IMG/VR virus record: IMGVR_UViG_3300025108_000015
Location: 96,001-160,000 of that record
Reading direction: 5' to 3' (one strand)
Length of the DNA: 64,000 nt
From: a virus
A program made the position numbers and the translations under genes. Below, in pieces: positions 25,235 through 36,663 of the stretch. The notes under the pieces are model-generated. The model saw only the letters and a list, made by a program, of their open reading frames with translations, did not search any database and had not been told where the DNA came from. The number at the start of each line of letters is the position of its first letter. Position 1 is the first letter of the stretch.

Positions 25235-27145
25235 ATGGCTGATAAAATAAAAAAAGATGTAAATTTAATAGGTAGAGACTTCGGTGATATCCGTAAGAAT
25301 CTAATTGACTTTACTAAAACATATTTCCCAAATACCTATAATGATTTTAATGAATCATCTCCTGGTATGATGTTTATGGAAATGGCGGCATATGTGGGTG
25401 ATGTACTTTCATATTATACCGATGTTCAATTAAGAGAATCTGTTTTAGAAGAAGCTCAAGAAAAGTCTAATGTATTTACAATAGCACAATCATTTGGGTA
25501 TAAGCCAAAGTTAAATGTACCAGCAACAACCGATATGACTGTGTATCAGATATTACCTGCGATGGGTAGTGGTGATAATGTTAAGCCAAACTTTGACTAC
25601 GCATTAACCTTAAAAGAAGGTATGGTCATTGGTTCAACTGAAAGTCCCAACGTTGAATTTACTACTATAAATAAAGTAAGATTTGCACAATCATCTTCAT
25701 TCGACCCCACTGACGTTTCGGTTTATCAAATTGACGAAACAACAAACGAACCTATCTATTATTTATTAAAAAAATATGTTAAAGCAGTTAGTGGTAAAAG
25801 TGAAACATCTACATTTAACTTTGGTTCTCCAAAACCTTACGATAAAATAAAAATAGAAGCGGATGGTTTGATTGATGTAATAAGCATCATGGATGATGAT
25901 GGTGATGAGTGGACTAAGGTTGAGTATCTAGCACAAGACACTGTGTTTGAAGAATTACCAAACACTACCGATTACTCATTAGCCATGGCTGCTTACGCAA
26001 ATGAGACACCATCATTACTTAAACTAAAAAGAGTACCCAAACGTTACATTACACGTATAACTGACGATGGTACACTCGACATTCAATTTGGAGCAGGGGT
26101 ATCATCAAATTCAGACGAAGAGATACTTCCAAATCCGGATAACGTTGGCTCCGCACTATATCCCGCAAGTGGTGACCTTGACCAAGGGGTTGACCCATCA
26201 AACTTTATGTACGCTAAAACATATGGTGTAGCTCCAGCTAATACCGAATTAACTGTTACATACCGAATAGGTAATGGTGTTTCTGATAACGTTCCATCTT
26301 CTGATTTAACAACGATTGTAGAACGTGTAATTGAAACTGATGGTAGTAGGTTGGTTGGTGATGTTTTTAATGTAGTTAAAAACTCAATAGCAGTAACGAA
26401 CGAAGTAGCAGCAACTGGCGCCCAATTTGAAGAAGAGATTGAGCAGGTACGTAACAACGCTCTTGCATATTTTAGAGCACAAAATAGAGCCGTAACCAGA
26501 GAAGACTACTTACTTAGAGCGTACGCATTACCACCACAATTTGGTTCGGTAGCAAAAGCATATGCTGCACCTGACTTCCAAATCAATACTTTATTGGATG
26601 ATGGTCCGGACCCAATTCCAAATCCATTAGCAATTAACTTCTATACATTAGGATATGATTCTAAGAAAAAGCTTACTCAGTTAAACAATGCTACAAAGCA
26701 AAACTTACAAAACTATTTGTCTTACTATCGTATATTAACTGATGCTGTAAATATTAAAAATGCATACATCGTAAATATTGGTATCAACTTCGAAATAATA
26801 GTATTACCAAATTACAATTCAAATGAGGTTCTCTTAAAATGTATCAACACATTAAAAGAATTATTCAAAATCGAACGTATGGCTATTAACAAACCGATAA
26901 ATCTAACTGACTTATATGTTAGCTTGGATGGAGTTGATGGTGTTCAATCGGTAGTCAGACCTAATAAAGAAGATGAGGGTGGGTTACAAATTATAAATAA
27001 ATTTGGCGGAACTTATTCTGATAATAAATATAGTACAAAAGAAGCTACCAGAAATGGTATAGTGTATCCACCAAAAGACCCAACTTGTTTTGAAATAAAA
27101 TATCCTGACGTAGACATCGTAGGTAAAGTTGTATCATTATTTTAA
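25235..27145 (+). CDS. gp6: baseplate wedge protein, gp6/baseplate-J-like
   Basis: RDFGDIRKNLIDF, DFNESSPGMMFMEMAAYVGD, QNRAVTREDY. Confidence 0.9.
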   Translation: MADKIKKDVNLIGRDFGDIRKNLIDFTKTYFPNTYNDFNESSPGMMFMEMAAYVGDVLSYYTDVQLRESVLEEAQEKSNVFTIAQSFGYKPKLNVPATTDMTVYQILPAMGSGDNVKPNFDYALTLKEGMVIGSTESPNVEFTTINKVRFAQSSSFDPTDVSVYQIDETTNEPIYYLLKKYVKAVSGKSETSTFNFGSPKPYDKIKIEADGLIDVISIMDDDGDEWTKVEYLAQDTVFEELPNTTDYSLAMAAYANETPSLLKLKRVPKRYITRITDDGTLDIQFGAGVSSNSDEEILPNPDNVGSALYPASGDLDQGVDPSNFMYAKTYGVAPANTELTVTYRIGNGVSDNVPSSDLTTIVERVIETDGSRLVGDVFNVVKNSIAVTNEVAATGAQFEEEIEQVRNNALAYFRAQNRAVTREDYLLRAYALPPQFGSVAKAYAAPDFQINTLLDDGPDPIPNPLAINFYTLGYDSKKKLTQLNNATKQNLQNYLSYYRILTDAVNIKNAYIVNIGINFEIIVLPNYNSNEVLLKCINTLKELFKIERMAINKPINLTDLYVSLDGVDGVQSVVRPNKEDEGGLQIINKFGGTYSDNKYSTKEATRNGIVYPPKDPTCFEIKYPDVDIVGKVVSLF

Positions 27146-27155
27146 AAGGTAGAAG

Positions 27156-29246
27156 ATGATTTATAGAATATATCCAAAAAAAGACGCAACCATATACGAA
27201 GACTCCGCTCGTAAAAATCAAAACACGGGTAAGGATGAGATTCTTGAAATCGGTAAGTTTTACGATACTGATAACACCTCTTTATTGGGTAATAGTAGAG
27301 CACTCATTGAATTTGATTTAAAAGAAATATCATCTTCAATAGCCAATGGGGACATCACATCACCACAATATAGATTGAGAGTTGAGAATATTGAAAGTCG
27401 TGAAATTCAATCTGAATACGACTTATTTGTATATCCGTTATATGAGGGGTTTACCGAAGGACTTGGTTCTCAAGATGACAAACCACACAATGAATCAGAT
27501 GTTAGTTGGGTAACACGAAGTTTATCAGAAGGGTGGGATATATTGAATTCCACAGTTGGTAAGCCAGTTGACCCATCATTAATTCCAGCACTTGAAACTT
27601 ACTACAACTTTAATTCAAATGCAGGTAACTTTGAGTTAGTTGAACCAATACTTGGTACTGATGGTAGTTCACCATCATTACAAGCAATCGATGGGGCATT
27701 GGTGTTATCGGCATCCAACTATGGTGGTGGAACTGCCGCTCTATCCTCATCATTGGATGAAGGTAAAGTCTACACAATATCATTTGACGCAAAGCAATTG
27801 TCGTTATCTGGAATTGATTTTAGAGTATATAAGCCAGATGGTTCATATTATGATGATAGTGAAGTTAGTGGTTATTTTGATTCATTATTGGGTAGTAAAT
27901 CATATGAGATGTCATTCACAGGCTCGGCTGCTGTAAATGGTAATAAGATACATAAAGTCTTATTTACATTCTTTGATGATAATGGTAGTAACGGGTCGGA
28001 TGGTCAGCTTGATAACTTCTTCGTATACAGTAATGTAGAGAATGATGTAATATTTCTTGACCAATTCAATATAGATGGTGACCTACCATCTACGTATGTT
28101 GTAAATGACATTATTTTAAGTGAACACCAATCTAAACAAATCACCACTATTAAAGATGGTGTACTGATAATGTCAGCGTCAAATTTCGGTGGTGCTACAT
28201 TAAATCGTAAAGCAACATTACAAGACACACTAATATACACAGCAAGTTTTAGTATAGATCCAGGAACAATACATACAAGTTCAGCTGATGGGTCTCCATC
28301 CGGTATTGTATTTAGTATTCAAGAACCTGATGGTAGGCTTTTAGACTCGTCTGAATATTTACAAAACTCATATGTATCAAACTTAACATCGTCAAACGAT
28401 GTCACGGTATTTTTTAAAGCACAACAGGATGGGAATCACAACTTTAGATTTACATTCTTTGGTAGTGGTAGTGGTGATTTTAGTGGGTCTTTAGATAATT
28501 TCTCACTCAAAACCCCAAATGTATTAACGTCTTCATATTATACTGATTTTAAATACGATGCGCACTGGATTTCTAATCAAGGTGGTGGTACATGGTTTAC
28601 TTCATCATTCAACACAGGTAAACATTACTACCAATCTTTTGATAAGTACACGTCTAATTTGGATGTCGAAGTAACTGATTATGTAAATGATTGGTTGGAT
28701 GGTACACGAACCAATAATGGTTTCATTGTTAAAAAATCTAAAACGGATGAACAATCAACAACTAAGTTTGGTTCAATCAAATTCTTCTCGTCAGATACCA
28801 ACACAATCTATCCACCGGTATTAGAAGTAAGATGGGATGGTGATTCATTCGATACGGGTGCACTATCCGCGCTGAGTGGTGATGATATCATACTATATGT
28901 TAAGAATTTGTCAACTGAGTATAAAGAAAGTTCCAAAGCCAAGATTAGAGTCTATGGTAGAGAACGTTTTCCGGCACGTACATTTTCATCAACATCAAAT
29001 TACAAATTGGTTAAATACCTACCAGCTACCTCATACTACTCGGTAGTTGATGCTGAAACAGAACAGGTAATTATTCCGTTCGACACTACTTATACTAAGG
29101 TGGGTTGTGACTCCGAAGGTAACTATTTTAACTTTTGGTTTAATGGACTTCAACCGGAACGATTCTATAAGTTTATATTTAGGGTAGACCAGAATAGTAC
29201 AACAAAATATTATGATGATAACTTCTATTTTAAGGTGGTTAGATAA
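27156..29246 (+). CDS. virion structural protein with inserted beta-sandwich (CBM-like) repeats
   Basis: KKDATIYE...SRALIEFD N-terminus; FFSSDTNTIYPPVLEVRW; two internal similar beta domains. Confidence 0.65.
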   Translation: MIYRIYPKKDATIYEDSARKNQNTGKDEILEIGKFYDTDNTSLLGNSRALIEFDLKEISSSIANGDITSPQYRLRVENIESREIQSEYDLFVYPLYEGFTEGLGSQDDKPHNESDVSWVTRSLSEGWDILNSTVGKPVDPSLIPALETYYNFNSNAGNFELVEPILGTDGSSPSLQAIDGALVLSASNYGGGTAALSSSLDEGKVYTISFDAKQLSLSGIDFRVYKPDGSYYDDSEVSGYFDSLLGSKSYEMSFTGSAAVNGNKIHKVLFTFFDDNGSNGSDGQLDNFFVYSNVENDVIFLDQFNIDGDLPSTYVVNDIILSEHQSKQITTIKDGVLIMSASNFGGATLNRKATLQDTLIYTASFSIDPGTIHTSSADGSPSGIVFSIQEPDGRLLDSSEYLQNSYVSNLTSSNDVTVFFKAQQDGNHNFRFTFFGSGSGDFSGSLDNFSLKTPNVLTSSYYTDFKYDAHWISNQGGGTWFTSSFNTGKHYYQSFDKYTSNLDVEVTDYVNDWLDGTRTNNGFIVKKSKTDEQSTTKFGSIKFFSSDTNTIYPPVLEVRWDGDSFDTGALSALSGDDIILYVKNLSTEYKESSKAKIRVYGRERFPARTFSSTSNYKLVKYLPATSYYSVVDAETEQVIIPFDTTYTKVGCDSEGNYFNFWFNGLQPERFYKFIFRVDQNSTTKYYDDNFYFKVVR

Positions 29247-29752
29247 TGAATAAACGTGGCGTAAGACGTAATGGTAGAGGTCAGATAATCTCATACGAGA
29301 TTGATGGCGCATCCGATTCTAATGTAGATTCACAAATATATGGTGATGTTACACTTACATCGGATGATAATAATTATAGTAGTACTATAAAGCATGACTT
29401 GATACAAAGGTCAAGTCGGCCATTTTTTAATTCAGACCAGCAGCCAATATCTGTTTCGTATGAAACGTATACTGATGTTGAATTTTCTGATGAGTTTATA
29501 AATGAAGTAGATATTAAGGAACCACGTGATGTGTTTGCTGTATTTACGTTCCAATCTTTAGTAAGAAATATAAATGAAGGTGTGGTAGGCCCAACGGCAG
29601 GTCCAACCGGCCCACAAGGTACGACAGGTCCAACAACAGGTTTTGGTTCAACAACTCCAACGACAGGTTTTGGCTCAACCGGTCCAGGCCGACCATCCCC
29701 AACACCGTCACCAAGCGGACCTTCGGGTGGTGGATTTAAAGGCGGACTATAA
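29246..29752 (+). CDS. structural-region protein with Pro/Thr/Gly-rich tail
   Basis: C-terminal GPTAGPTGPQGTTGPTTG...PSPTPSPSGPSGGG. Confidence 0.7.
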   Translation: MNKRGVRRNGRGQIISYEIDGASDSNVDSQIYGDVTLTSDDNNYSSTIKHDLIQRSSRPFFNSDQQPISVSYETYTDVEFSDEFINEVDIKEPRDVFAVFTFQSLVRNINEGVVGPTAGPTGPQGTTGPTTGFGSTTPTTGFGSTGPGRPSPTPSPSGPSGGGFKGGL

Positions 29753-29755
29753 TAT

Positions 29756-32700
29756 ATGTCATTGGATAGATTTAAAAATAAAGAAGAAGTTGTTGGGTTC
29801 GTTCCAACCTATGGAAACACATTTAACGATGGTGTCGATGGTACTCTTAGACCATTAACTGTAAATGATGTTGATGGTACACTTGCGCCCGGAGTTTTAT
29901 CAAAACTCAGACCCAACATGGAACGTCATGTATATTCTGGTGAAAACTTATTAAAGTCAACATACAAACTACCAATACCATATTCTGAAAATGGTAACAC
30001 GTATCCACTAATAACATTACAGCCTGAGAAAGATATCCGTGATGATGGATACTTACAAGGAGTTTATAGTATAGTTTACAACTTCATGCATAAATTAAAT
30101 GATGGTGTAAAAGTTAAAGCTATTGGTGGTGATAGGACTGAAGTATTACTTACTGTAAAAGACCCATACCAAATTTCGGAAGCGTCTATCATTAATGGGA
30201 ACGTGGGTTCAAGTATTAACAAGCCAGTTATCACTTCTAATGGAAATCCGGTGGTTGCCAATGCATTGTCAGCGAAATCACTCATGACCGCGTTTCAGTT
30301 ACCATCCGGACCTATTAATATCAACCCCAATCCACTTCCTCGTGATTTTGAAACACTAAAAGACTTATACTTCCAGCGAGCAAACACTGATTCTACCTTT
30401 ACACAAAATAGACCTGACTTTGTATTGAACTTAGGTGATAACAATATAATTGATATTGCAAGTGTGTATTTTGACCAAACACGTGTAGGGTTAGAGTTGA
30501 CTGAGAAATCATATCCAAATCGTGGTGGTAGATATAACCACGATGGTGGTGGTTTGATTTCAACCACGTATGTACCATTCGATAGACTATCAGAAAAGTT
30601 AGGTGTATTTACTGAATTTTTAGAAATATACACACCAGCTATCGGTGAACCAACCAAGGTGACTGATGAAAACGGAAATACATTCAATGCTGCTGGGCGC
30701 ATGACAGGTCGATGGAGAAGATTTTCACTATACTATGATGACAATAACCAACTTCAATGGAATGGGGCTAGAACATTTGACATCAATCAAGGTGACTCTA
30801 ATTTACCAGCAGTAACCCAAGCCCGAAGTGTAAGGGTTATTGAAACTGGCAAAAAAACTAATACTGATTTAAGTAAACTATACTTAACATACAAAAAATA
30901 TAATACTGATTTTGCATTTGATGTGAAGGATATTGTTGTTAAGTTAGCATCACCATTACCCGATAATATAGTTGTTAATAATTTAGTAGAATTAGATGCA
31001 CGTATTAAAGAAAGTTGGGTAGAGAAGTTAGTTATATTTCCAAGTATAGCTAATGTAAGTAGACCTAACTTTTCACAACCCAACTTTGAGTTAGATATGT
31101 CTGATGTTAAAAGTGCGGGTGGTACAGAATGGCAGAATTGGAACTCGTTGTTAGACGTAAACGCAACAACGTCACAACAATTAATAAATAAATATTTTAG
31201 TGGGTCGTTGGGTTCTATTGACTTAAACATAGACTATTCTGATTTTAAAAATTATGTACATTTTTCATCCGCAACTGAACGTGTAGATAATTTCTTATAC
31301 AAATTACAGCAAATCGAAGCTTACGATTCACGAATAAACACATTACTTAACGTTAGTGGTTCTGAAGCTATAACCAATATATCTCAATCAATGGTCCGAA
31401 GAGATACGTTGATTGGTGGTTTCGATGGATTTGAAAACCACTTGTATTATTCTGAACAACAAAGTAACTATACCCACTGGTCGTCATCAATATATACTAT
31501 TAAACCATACCCTAAACAATCAACATTTCCTCATGTGTTAAAACCAACTACATCTGTTGAAGGTACAACTTGGTATCAAAACACATACGCTAGCGCATCG
31601 TTGTTTGATGAATTTAATGATGCTTCTCTTAGAAATTCGATACCAATTTACCTAAAAGCAGACCCTCGTAATACAGAGTATATCACATTCGTAGATATGA
31701 TTGGCCAACACTTTGATATTCAGTGGACATATATCAACGCATTAACGAGTATAAATGAACGAGAAGAACACTTCAATGATGGTATGCCTGATGAGGTACT
31801 AAAGTCGGTAGCAGACTCTCTTGGGTGGAAATTGTCAACAGGATATTCAGACGTATCTCTTTGGAAATATGCATTGGGTGTTAATGCGGATGGAACTAAA
31901 TCACAAACCGGTACGTTGGAATCTAAGCCACGTGAGCAAATAACACATGAGATTTGGAGACGTATTGTAAATACAATTCCCATGTTGTACAAGACGAAGG
32001 GGACTGCTCGTTCAATTAAAGCACTACTATCCACATACGGAATCCCACAGGCATTCTTGAAGATTCGTGAGTGGGGTGGTCCTACGATATCCACTCGTAA
32101 AAGTGTTTATGAGCAAGAACGATTTGTAAACAAACTACAAGCGTCACCATCTAAATATATTTCAAATCCATGGGATGATATACAGTCTGATAGACCAAAC
32201 TCAATTGAGGTTATTGGTAAAATGCCTAAAGGTAATTATCATATCTTACGATTGAGTGATACATCTGATAATGTAGATTTATTTTGGGACTACTTAAATG
32301 AAACCGCAAGGCTTAGGTTACGTGTAAATAGTACTGATATCATATCATCATCATATGTTCCTTATAAAGAACGTAGAGAAGTTGCGATATCTTTGAATTC
32401 AAGTTCAATTGACATCAACGCTGCGTGGGTTGATGATTGGGGTGAACTACTCGCAAACCCAACAGCAACATTAAGTGGTGGTAACTCAACATTCAATAGT
32501 GTATGGACCTCAACGGGAACAGTTCAAGTACCTGGTCCTACAACGGATACAAATGTAAACTCATATGAGACCGCAAGTATTCAAGAGATTAGATATTTCA
32601 GAGATACTATCTCAAATGAAATCATAACCGAACACGCTAAGAATAGAGAAGCATATTTTAGTGATGACAACACAACTGATTTAGATATTGATACTTCATT

Positions 32701-34096
32701 CGATAAGTTGATGTATCGAATATTTCCAGATAGTGGATTCAAAACCAATAGTGGTTCTATAAGCTCCATACACCCAAATCAAAGATTTACATCATCTGAT
32801 ACTGGATTAGTGTTGTCAGCATCATTAGTAAATATGAAGCCATCTGATTTAGTTGGTGAAGTTGATACTCAGTATGTTACCATACCATCAATGGGTGCAT
32901 TAAATCTGATGAACAACAAAATTAGAATTGAATCATCTTCATTAAAAGGTCCATTGAGTATAGATAAATCAAATGAGGTATCTCAGTTCGATTATGCTCC
33001 AGTTGATTCTAATTTATTAGGTACTTACTTCTCAACAACCGACACTGTAAACTCGGACATATATAATTCTGAGGGATATTTCGAAGCTGATGATTGGGTG
33101 GGTGATACTGATAAGAGATATAATGAGGATTACCCATTACTAAAGTATAGAGCTAAGAATTATTTCCAAAAATACACTACGGGTACTTCATTGGATTTGA
33201 TTATGGATATGTTATCTCGTTATGATATGTCTGTATTCGACCAAATAAAACAACTAATTCCAGCACGTGTGGATTGGCATAAGGGTATATTGATAGAACC
33301 TCATGTGTTTGAACGTAATAAGTTTCAGAGAGAACGTGGTGTGTCTATATCTAGCCATTATTATGAAGGTACTATATCAGTAGGTGATGGTATAATTACA
33401 GCAAGTAGAAACGATTATGGTTTAAGTAGTGGGTCATCTCGTCCAGATGGGGTTGTGAGTCTATATGATTACGAACCATCTACTTATAAATTTGACATTG
33501 CTACTTTGAGTGGGGATACCTACGTAACACGATATAATGGTTATTGGGAGTACTCCCCAACCGGTTCCACTATTTTAGAGGCTCGACCTTCTAAAATATA
33601 TTTAGAACCAAAATACTTCTTCGCTACTAATGAAGATGCTGTGACAATGACACCGAATTCAACTTCGTTTCATTATACGGATGTACAAGACACTAGACTA
33701 CCACTTTCATTTCAAAACCTATTTTATAATGGTTGTAAGGTAAGTAGTGATTCGTTAACCACGGATTCACAAGACACACCCGATGGTGGGCCGGTAGTTG
33801 AAATAACAAAAGTAGACCCGAACGTTATAGTATTCTCTGGTCAAACTGGAGATGTGTTAGCTAACGAACAAAAAACAAAACCAAAATTAGTTAGTATCAT
33901 GCCGGCTGACGCATTGATTTCGGTTAAAAAAGAAAACGATAAACTAAAACGACAATTACCATCCGCTGACCTTGAAAGGCAATCGTTAAAACCACTACCA
34001 TTTGTAGTGAAATTGCCAAAACCTAAGTTTAGATTTAAAGAAAATACAGAAAATAAATTACTAAAAGGTATACTAAAAAGGTTTAATCGGAGATGA
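29756..34096 (+). CDS. large baseplate/tail structural protein
   Basis: 1446 aa; DMIGQHFD and YKTKGTARSIKALLSTYGIP (baseplate gp7/tail P2_I-like segment). Confidence 0.7.
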   Translation: MSLDRFKNKEEVVGFVPTYGNTFNDGVDGTLRPLTVNDVDGTLAPGVLSKLRPNMERHVYSGENLLKSTYKLPIPYSENGNTYPLITLQPEKDIRDDGYLQGVYSIVYNFMHKLNDGVKVKAIGGDRTEVLLTVKDPYQISEASIINGNVGSSINKPVITSNGNPVVANALSAKSLMTAFQLPSGPININPNPLPRDFETLKDLYFQRANTDSTFTQNRPDFVLNLGDNNIIDIASVYFDQTRVGLELTEKSYPNRGGRYNHDGGGLISTTYVPFDRLSEKLGVFTEFLEIYTPAIGEPTKVTDENGNTFNAAGRMTGRWRRFSLYYDDNNQLQWNGARTFDINQGDSNLPAVTQARSVRVIETGKKTNTDLSKLYLTYKKYNTDFAFDVKDIVVKLASPLPDNIVVNNLVELDARIKESWVEKLVIFPSIANVSRPNFSQPNFELDMSDVKSAGGTEWQNWNSLLDVNATTSQQLINKYFSGSLGSIDLNIDYSDFKNYVHFSSATERVDNFLYKLQQIEAYDSRINTLLNVSGSEAITNISQSMVRRDTLIGGFDGFENHLYYSEQQSNYTHWSSSIYTIKPYPKQSTFPHVLKPTTSVEGTTWYQNTYASASLFDEFNDASLRNSIPIYLKADPRNTEYITFVDMIGQHFDIQWTYINALTSINEREEHFNDGMPDEVLKSVADSLGWKLSTGYSDVSLWKYALGVNADGTKSQTGTLESKPREQITHEIWRRIVNTIPMLYKTKGTARSIKALLSTYGIPQAFLKIREWGGPTISTRKSVYEQERFVNKLQASPSKYISNPWDDIQSDRPNSIEVIGKMPKGNYHILRLSDTSDNVDLFWDYLNETARLRLRVNSTDIISSSYVPYKERREVAISLNSSSIDINAAWVDDWGELLANPTATLSGGNSTFNSVWTSTGTVQVPGPTTDTNVNSYETASIQEIRYFRDTISNEIITEHAKNREAYFSDDNTTDLDIDTSFDKLMYRIFPDSGFKTNSGSISSIHPNQRFTSSDTGLVLSASLVNMKPSDLVGEVDTQYVTIPSMGALNLMNNKIRIESSSLKGPLSIDKSNEVSQFDYAPVDSNLLGTYFSTTDTVNSDIYNSEGYFEADDWVGDTDKRYNEDYPLLKYRAKNYFQKYTTGTSLDLIMDMLSRYDMSVFDQIKQLIPARVDWHKGILIEPHVFERNKFQRERGVSISSHYYEGTISVGDGIITASRNDYGLSSGSSRPDGVVSLYDYEPSTYKFDIATLSGDTYVTRYNGYWEYSPTGSTILEARPSKIYLEPKYFFATNEDAVTMTPNSTSFHYTDVQDTRLPLSFQNLFYNGCKVSSDSLTTDSQDTPDGGPVVEITKVDPNVIVFSGQTGDVLANEQKTKPKLVSIMPADALISVKKENDKLKRQLPSADLERQSLKPLPFVVKLPKPKFRFKENTENKLLKGILKRFNRR

Positions 34097-34151
34097 TATG
34101 GTTAAATAAAATAAAAAACCATATTTATATACAAATAATAGGAAAGAGAAC

Positions 34152-34829
34152 ATGGGATTTTTAGACAATTCATCAGTAACAGTAGACGCTATTCTGACCA
34201 AAAAGGGTAGAGAGTTATTAGCAGAGGGACGTGACAAGTTCCAAATCACCCAATTCGCATTAGCGGATGATGAGGTTGATTACGAACTATGGAATCCAGC
34301 ACACTCGTTGGGTTCTGACTACTATGGTATCATCATTGAGAATATGCCTGTAATAGAGGCAATCACTGATGAAAACTATGCAATGAAATACAAATTACTT
34401 TCATTACCAAAAACGACCACAAGGTTACCATTTATATCAGTGTCACCATCAACTATCACTTTAGATGAAGGTGTAAACAATACTATCATGTCGGTGGTAA
34501 CTAAAAATGGTGGTAACGAAAACTTAGGTTATACAGCAATTCTACTTAACAAAGATGCTGGTAGTATTAGTGGTAATGCTGGTGTTCCTGGAAACATAAC
34601 TCCAATCATAAATGTTGGTACATACAATACCAATCAATCACAAACTGTTGTGGGTAAAAATCAATTTACATTCCAATCGGCGGCTAATCTACCAAACGAT
34701 ACCGCAATTTCAACTCGTGTAGTTATCATAGGTAATGAAACTGGTGGTAGAACTGAGATTGACATAACTGTTAATCCGGTGACTGACGCACAAACAGCAG
34801 TAGTGGTTGTAAATAATAATTTAGCTTAA
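34152..34829 (+). CDS. conserved virion protein (tail/baseplate-associated)
   Basis: MGFLDNSSVTVDAILTKKGRELLA...ITQFALADDE; TATTTATA and AGGA upstream. Confidence 0.7.
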   Translation: MGFLDNSSVTVDAILTKKGRELLAEGRDKFQITQFALADDEVDYELWNPAHSLGSDYYGIIIENMPVIEAITDENYAMKYKLLSLPKTTTRLPFISVSPSTITLDEGVNNTIMSVVTKNGGNENLGYTAILLNKDAGSISGNAGVPGNITPIINVGTYNTNQSQTVVGKNQFTFQSAANLPNDTAISTRVVIIGNETGGRTEIDITVNPVTDAQTAVVVVNNNLA

Positions 34830-34845
34830 AAAATAGGATAATAAA

Positions 34846-36084
34846 ATGGCAGTACAATCGATAGGTAATACAGGTGGTGGAGGTGGTGGCAACCGCGGAA
34901 ACCAAGGACCATCTGCTGGCCCAAGCGGTACATCAGGTGGTAATAGGGGTGGTTCTCAAAGACCTTCTATTAGTAGGGGAAATCTTCCTGGTCTTGCTCA
35001 AGCAGAAACTCTTGCTCAAATTCAAGCAATAGATACAGTAGAAAACCAAACTCCGGTAATCCCTGCAGGTGCATATGATTATGGTAGTGGTAAAGTATAT
35101 ACTGCTTTTACTGTCGAAGACATTGTAGAGGGAAATACACAAAGAATCACACGTGGTTTATGGAGTGGTAAGGTCGGTGAACTAATAACATTCGCTACCT
35201 CATCGTTTCAATCGGATACTCAAAAACAATACTACCATGAGATATATAATGGAGACCCAACGGATTCAACGAAAGAATCTCAGTTCTCAGTTGCATATGG
35301 GCACTACGCTGGTAGTGGTTCATCTAATGATGGTTCTAATGAAGATTCACCATCAAACGCAATGTACTCACAATTTCAACAAGTATTGTTACCATCTAAC
35401 CAAACACGATTTACATTTAACGATGTAACTCAAGATGACGTTTACATCCTAACAATTAATAGAGCCAGAATTAAAGATAAATTAGATCCTGGAAATTGGG
35501 AACTTGTATTATCGGGTTCTAATGGTGAGACCCTTAGACTTATTGATAATAGTGGTGACACTAATCAATTAGGAAACTCAAACAAAAATAAATACAACAT
35601 CGTATCGGGTTCTTTAACTGATGGTGTACTTACCGAGGATGAGGTCTTTGGAGAAGTATATCCTCAATTTGGTGTAATTGTATTATCAGCCGCAGCATTA
35701 GACGCTTCAGCATCATTTGGTACTATCAGAACAACTAACACTGATGCACAAAACCATAATAAATTGTTTACAGCAATTAGTGGAGCTGCATTTGAGAATC
35801 CAGCAAACGGATTCCAAGCTAGAAGTGAAGAAGAAGTTAAATCAACATTCTTCTTTGTTAGAGCTAAAAATGGTGAATATAATTACTCAAACAACCCATC
35901 GTATGTTACGGGTTCAGTTGGTAAGTTAAGACAACAAACATTTGTAGGTGACCCTAAGTCATACATTACTTCAGTTGGGTTGTATAACAATGACAATGAA
36001 CTTTTAGCAATTGCAAAGTTATCTAAACCTTTATTGAAATCATTCTCTAATGAAATTCTGATTAAGGTTAAGCTAGACTTTTAA
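34846..36084 (+). CDS. virion structural protein, Gly-rich N-terminus
   Basis: C-terminal YITSVGLYNNDNELLAIAKLSKP is paralogous to 36663-38126. Confidence 0.7.
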   Translation: MAVQSIGNTGGGGGGNRGNQGPSAGPSGTSGGNRGGSQRPSISRGNLPGLAQAETLAQIQAIDTVENQTPVIPAGAYDYGSGKVYTAFTVEDIVEGNTQRITRGLWSGKVGELITFATSSFQSDTQKQYYHEIYNGDPTDSTKESQFSVAYGHYAGSGSSNDGSNEDSPSNAMYSQFQQVLLPSNQTRFTFNDVTQDDVYILTINRARIKDKLDPGNWELVLSGSNGETLRLIDNSGDTNQLGNSNKNKYNIVSGSLTDGVLTEDEVFGEVYPQFGVIVLSAAALDASASFGTIRTTNTDAQNHNKLFTAISGAAFENPANGFQARSEEEVKSTFFFVRAKNGEYNYSNNPSYVTGSVGKLRQQTFVGDPKSYITSVGLYNNDNELLAIAKLSKPLLKSFSNEILIKVKLDF

Positions 36085-36096
36085 CGATGGTCACTC

Positions 36097-36663
36097 ATGG
36101 GAATAGCATTAAAAAAAATATTCAATGGTGGTATTCAGAGAAGACCATTTAAAGCTCATAAAAGATATGAAGTTACGAATGTAAACCACTCATCATCTTT
36201 TGAGATTTCTGTACTTAGGGGTATTTCGGATAATGGTACATTAACCGAAGTATCAACGTCAGTGTCGGGTGAAATTGGTGTAGATACATTTTTGACATCA
36301 TCTCATGGTGTAACTGATGAATTAAATTCTATACCACAATATATTGTATGGAATTCAATAAACTCCACATTCTTTAAAAGAAGAACTGATATTAAACTAT
36401 ACGATACAGCTTCAATAGTATCGATTCCACAAAATAAATTTGGTGATGGTATAAAGCCGGGTTCTATTTCTATTATTGACAACTCAAATTACCCAGCATC
36501 GGCTATACGACTTTATGACCAAAAAGTTGATGATGAATATGGATTACTAATCGCAAGTGAACAAACTGGATCGTCATATATTAAGTCAACCGATACTTTA
36601 GTTTATTTGGATTTTGAATCAGACACAAGTGATAAATCTAACTTTGTAAATAGAATTGTGTAA
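36097..36663 (+). CDS. virion structural protein (N-terminal partner of the LamG protein)
   Basis: PFKAHK, IPQNKFGDGIKPGS; TAATG coupling to the next ORF. Confidence 0.65.
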   Translation: MGIALKKIFNGGIQRRPFKAHKRYEVTNVNHSSSFEISVLRGISDNGTLTEVSTSVSGEIGVDTFLTSSHGVTDELNSIPQYIVWNSINSTFFKRRTDIKLYDTASIVSIPQNKFGDGIKPGSISIIDNSNYPASAIRLYDQKVDDEYGLLIASEQTGSSYIKSTDTLVYLDFESDTSDKSNFVNRIV

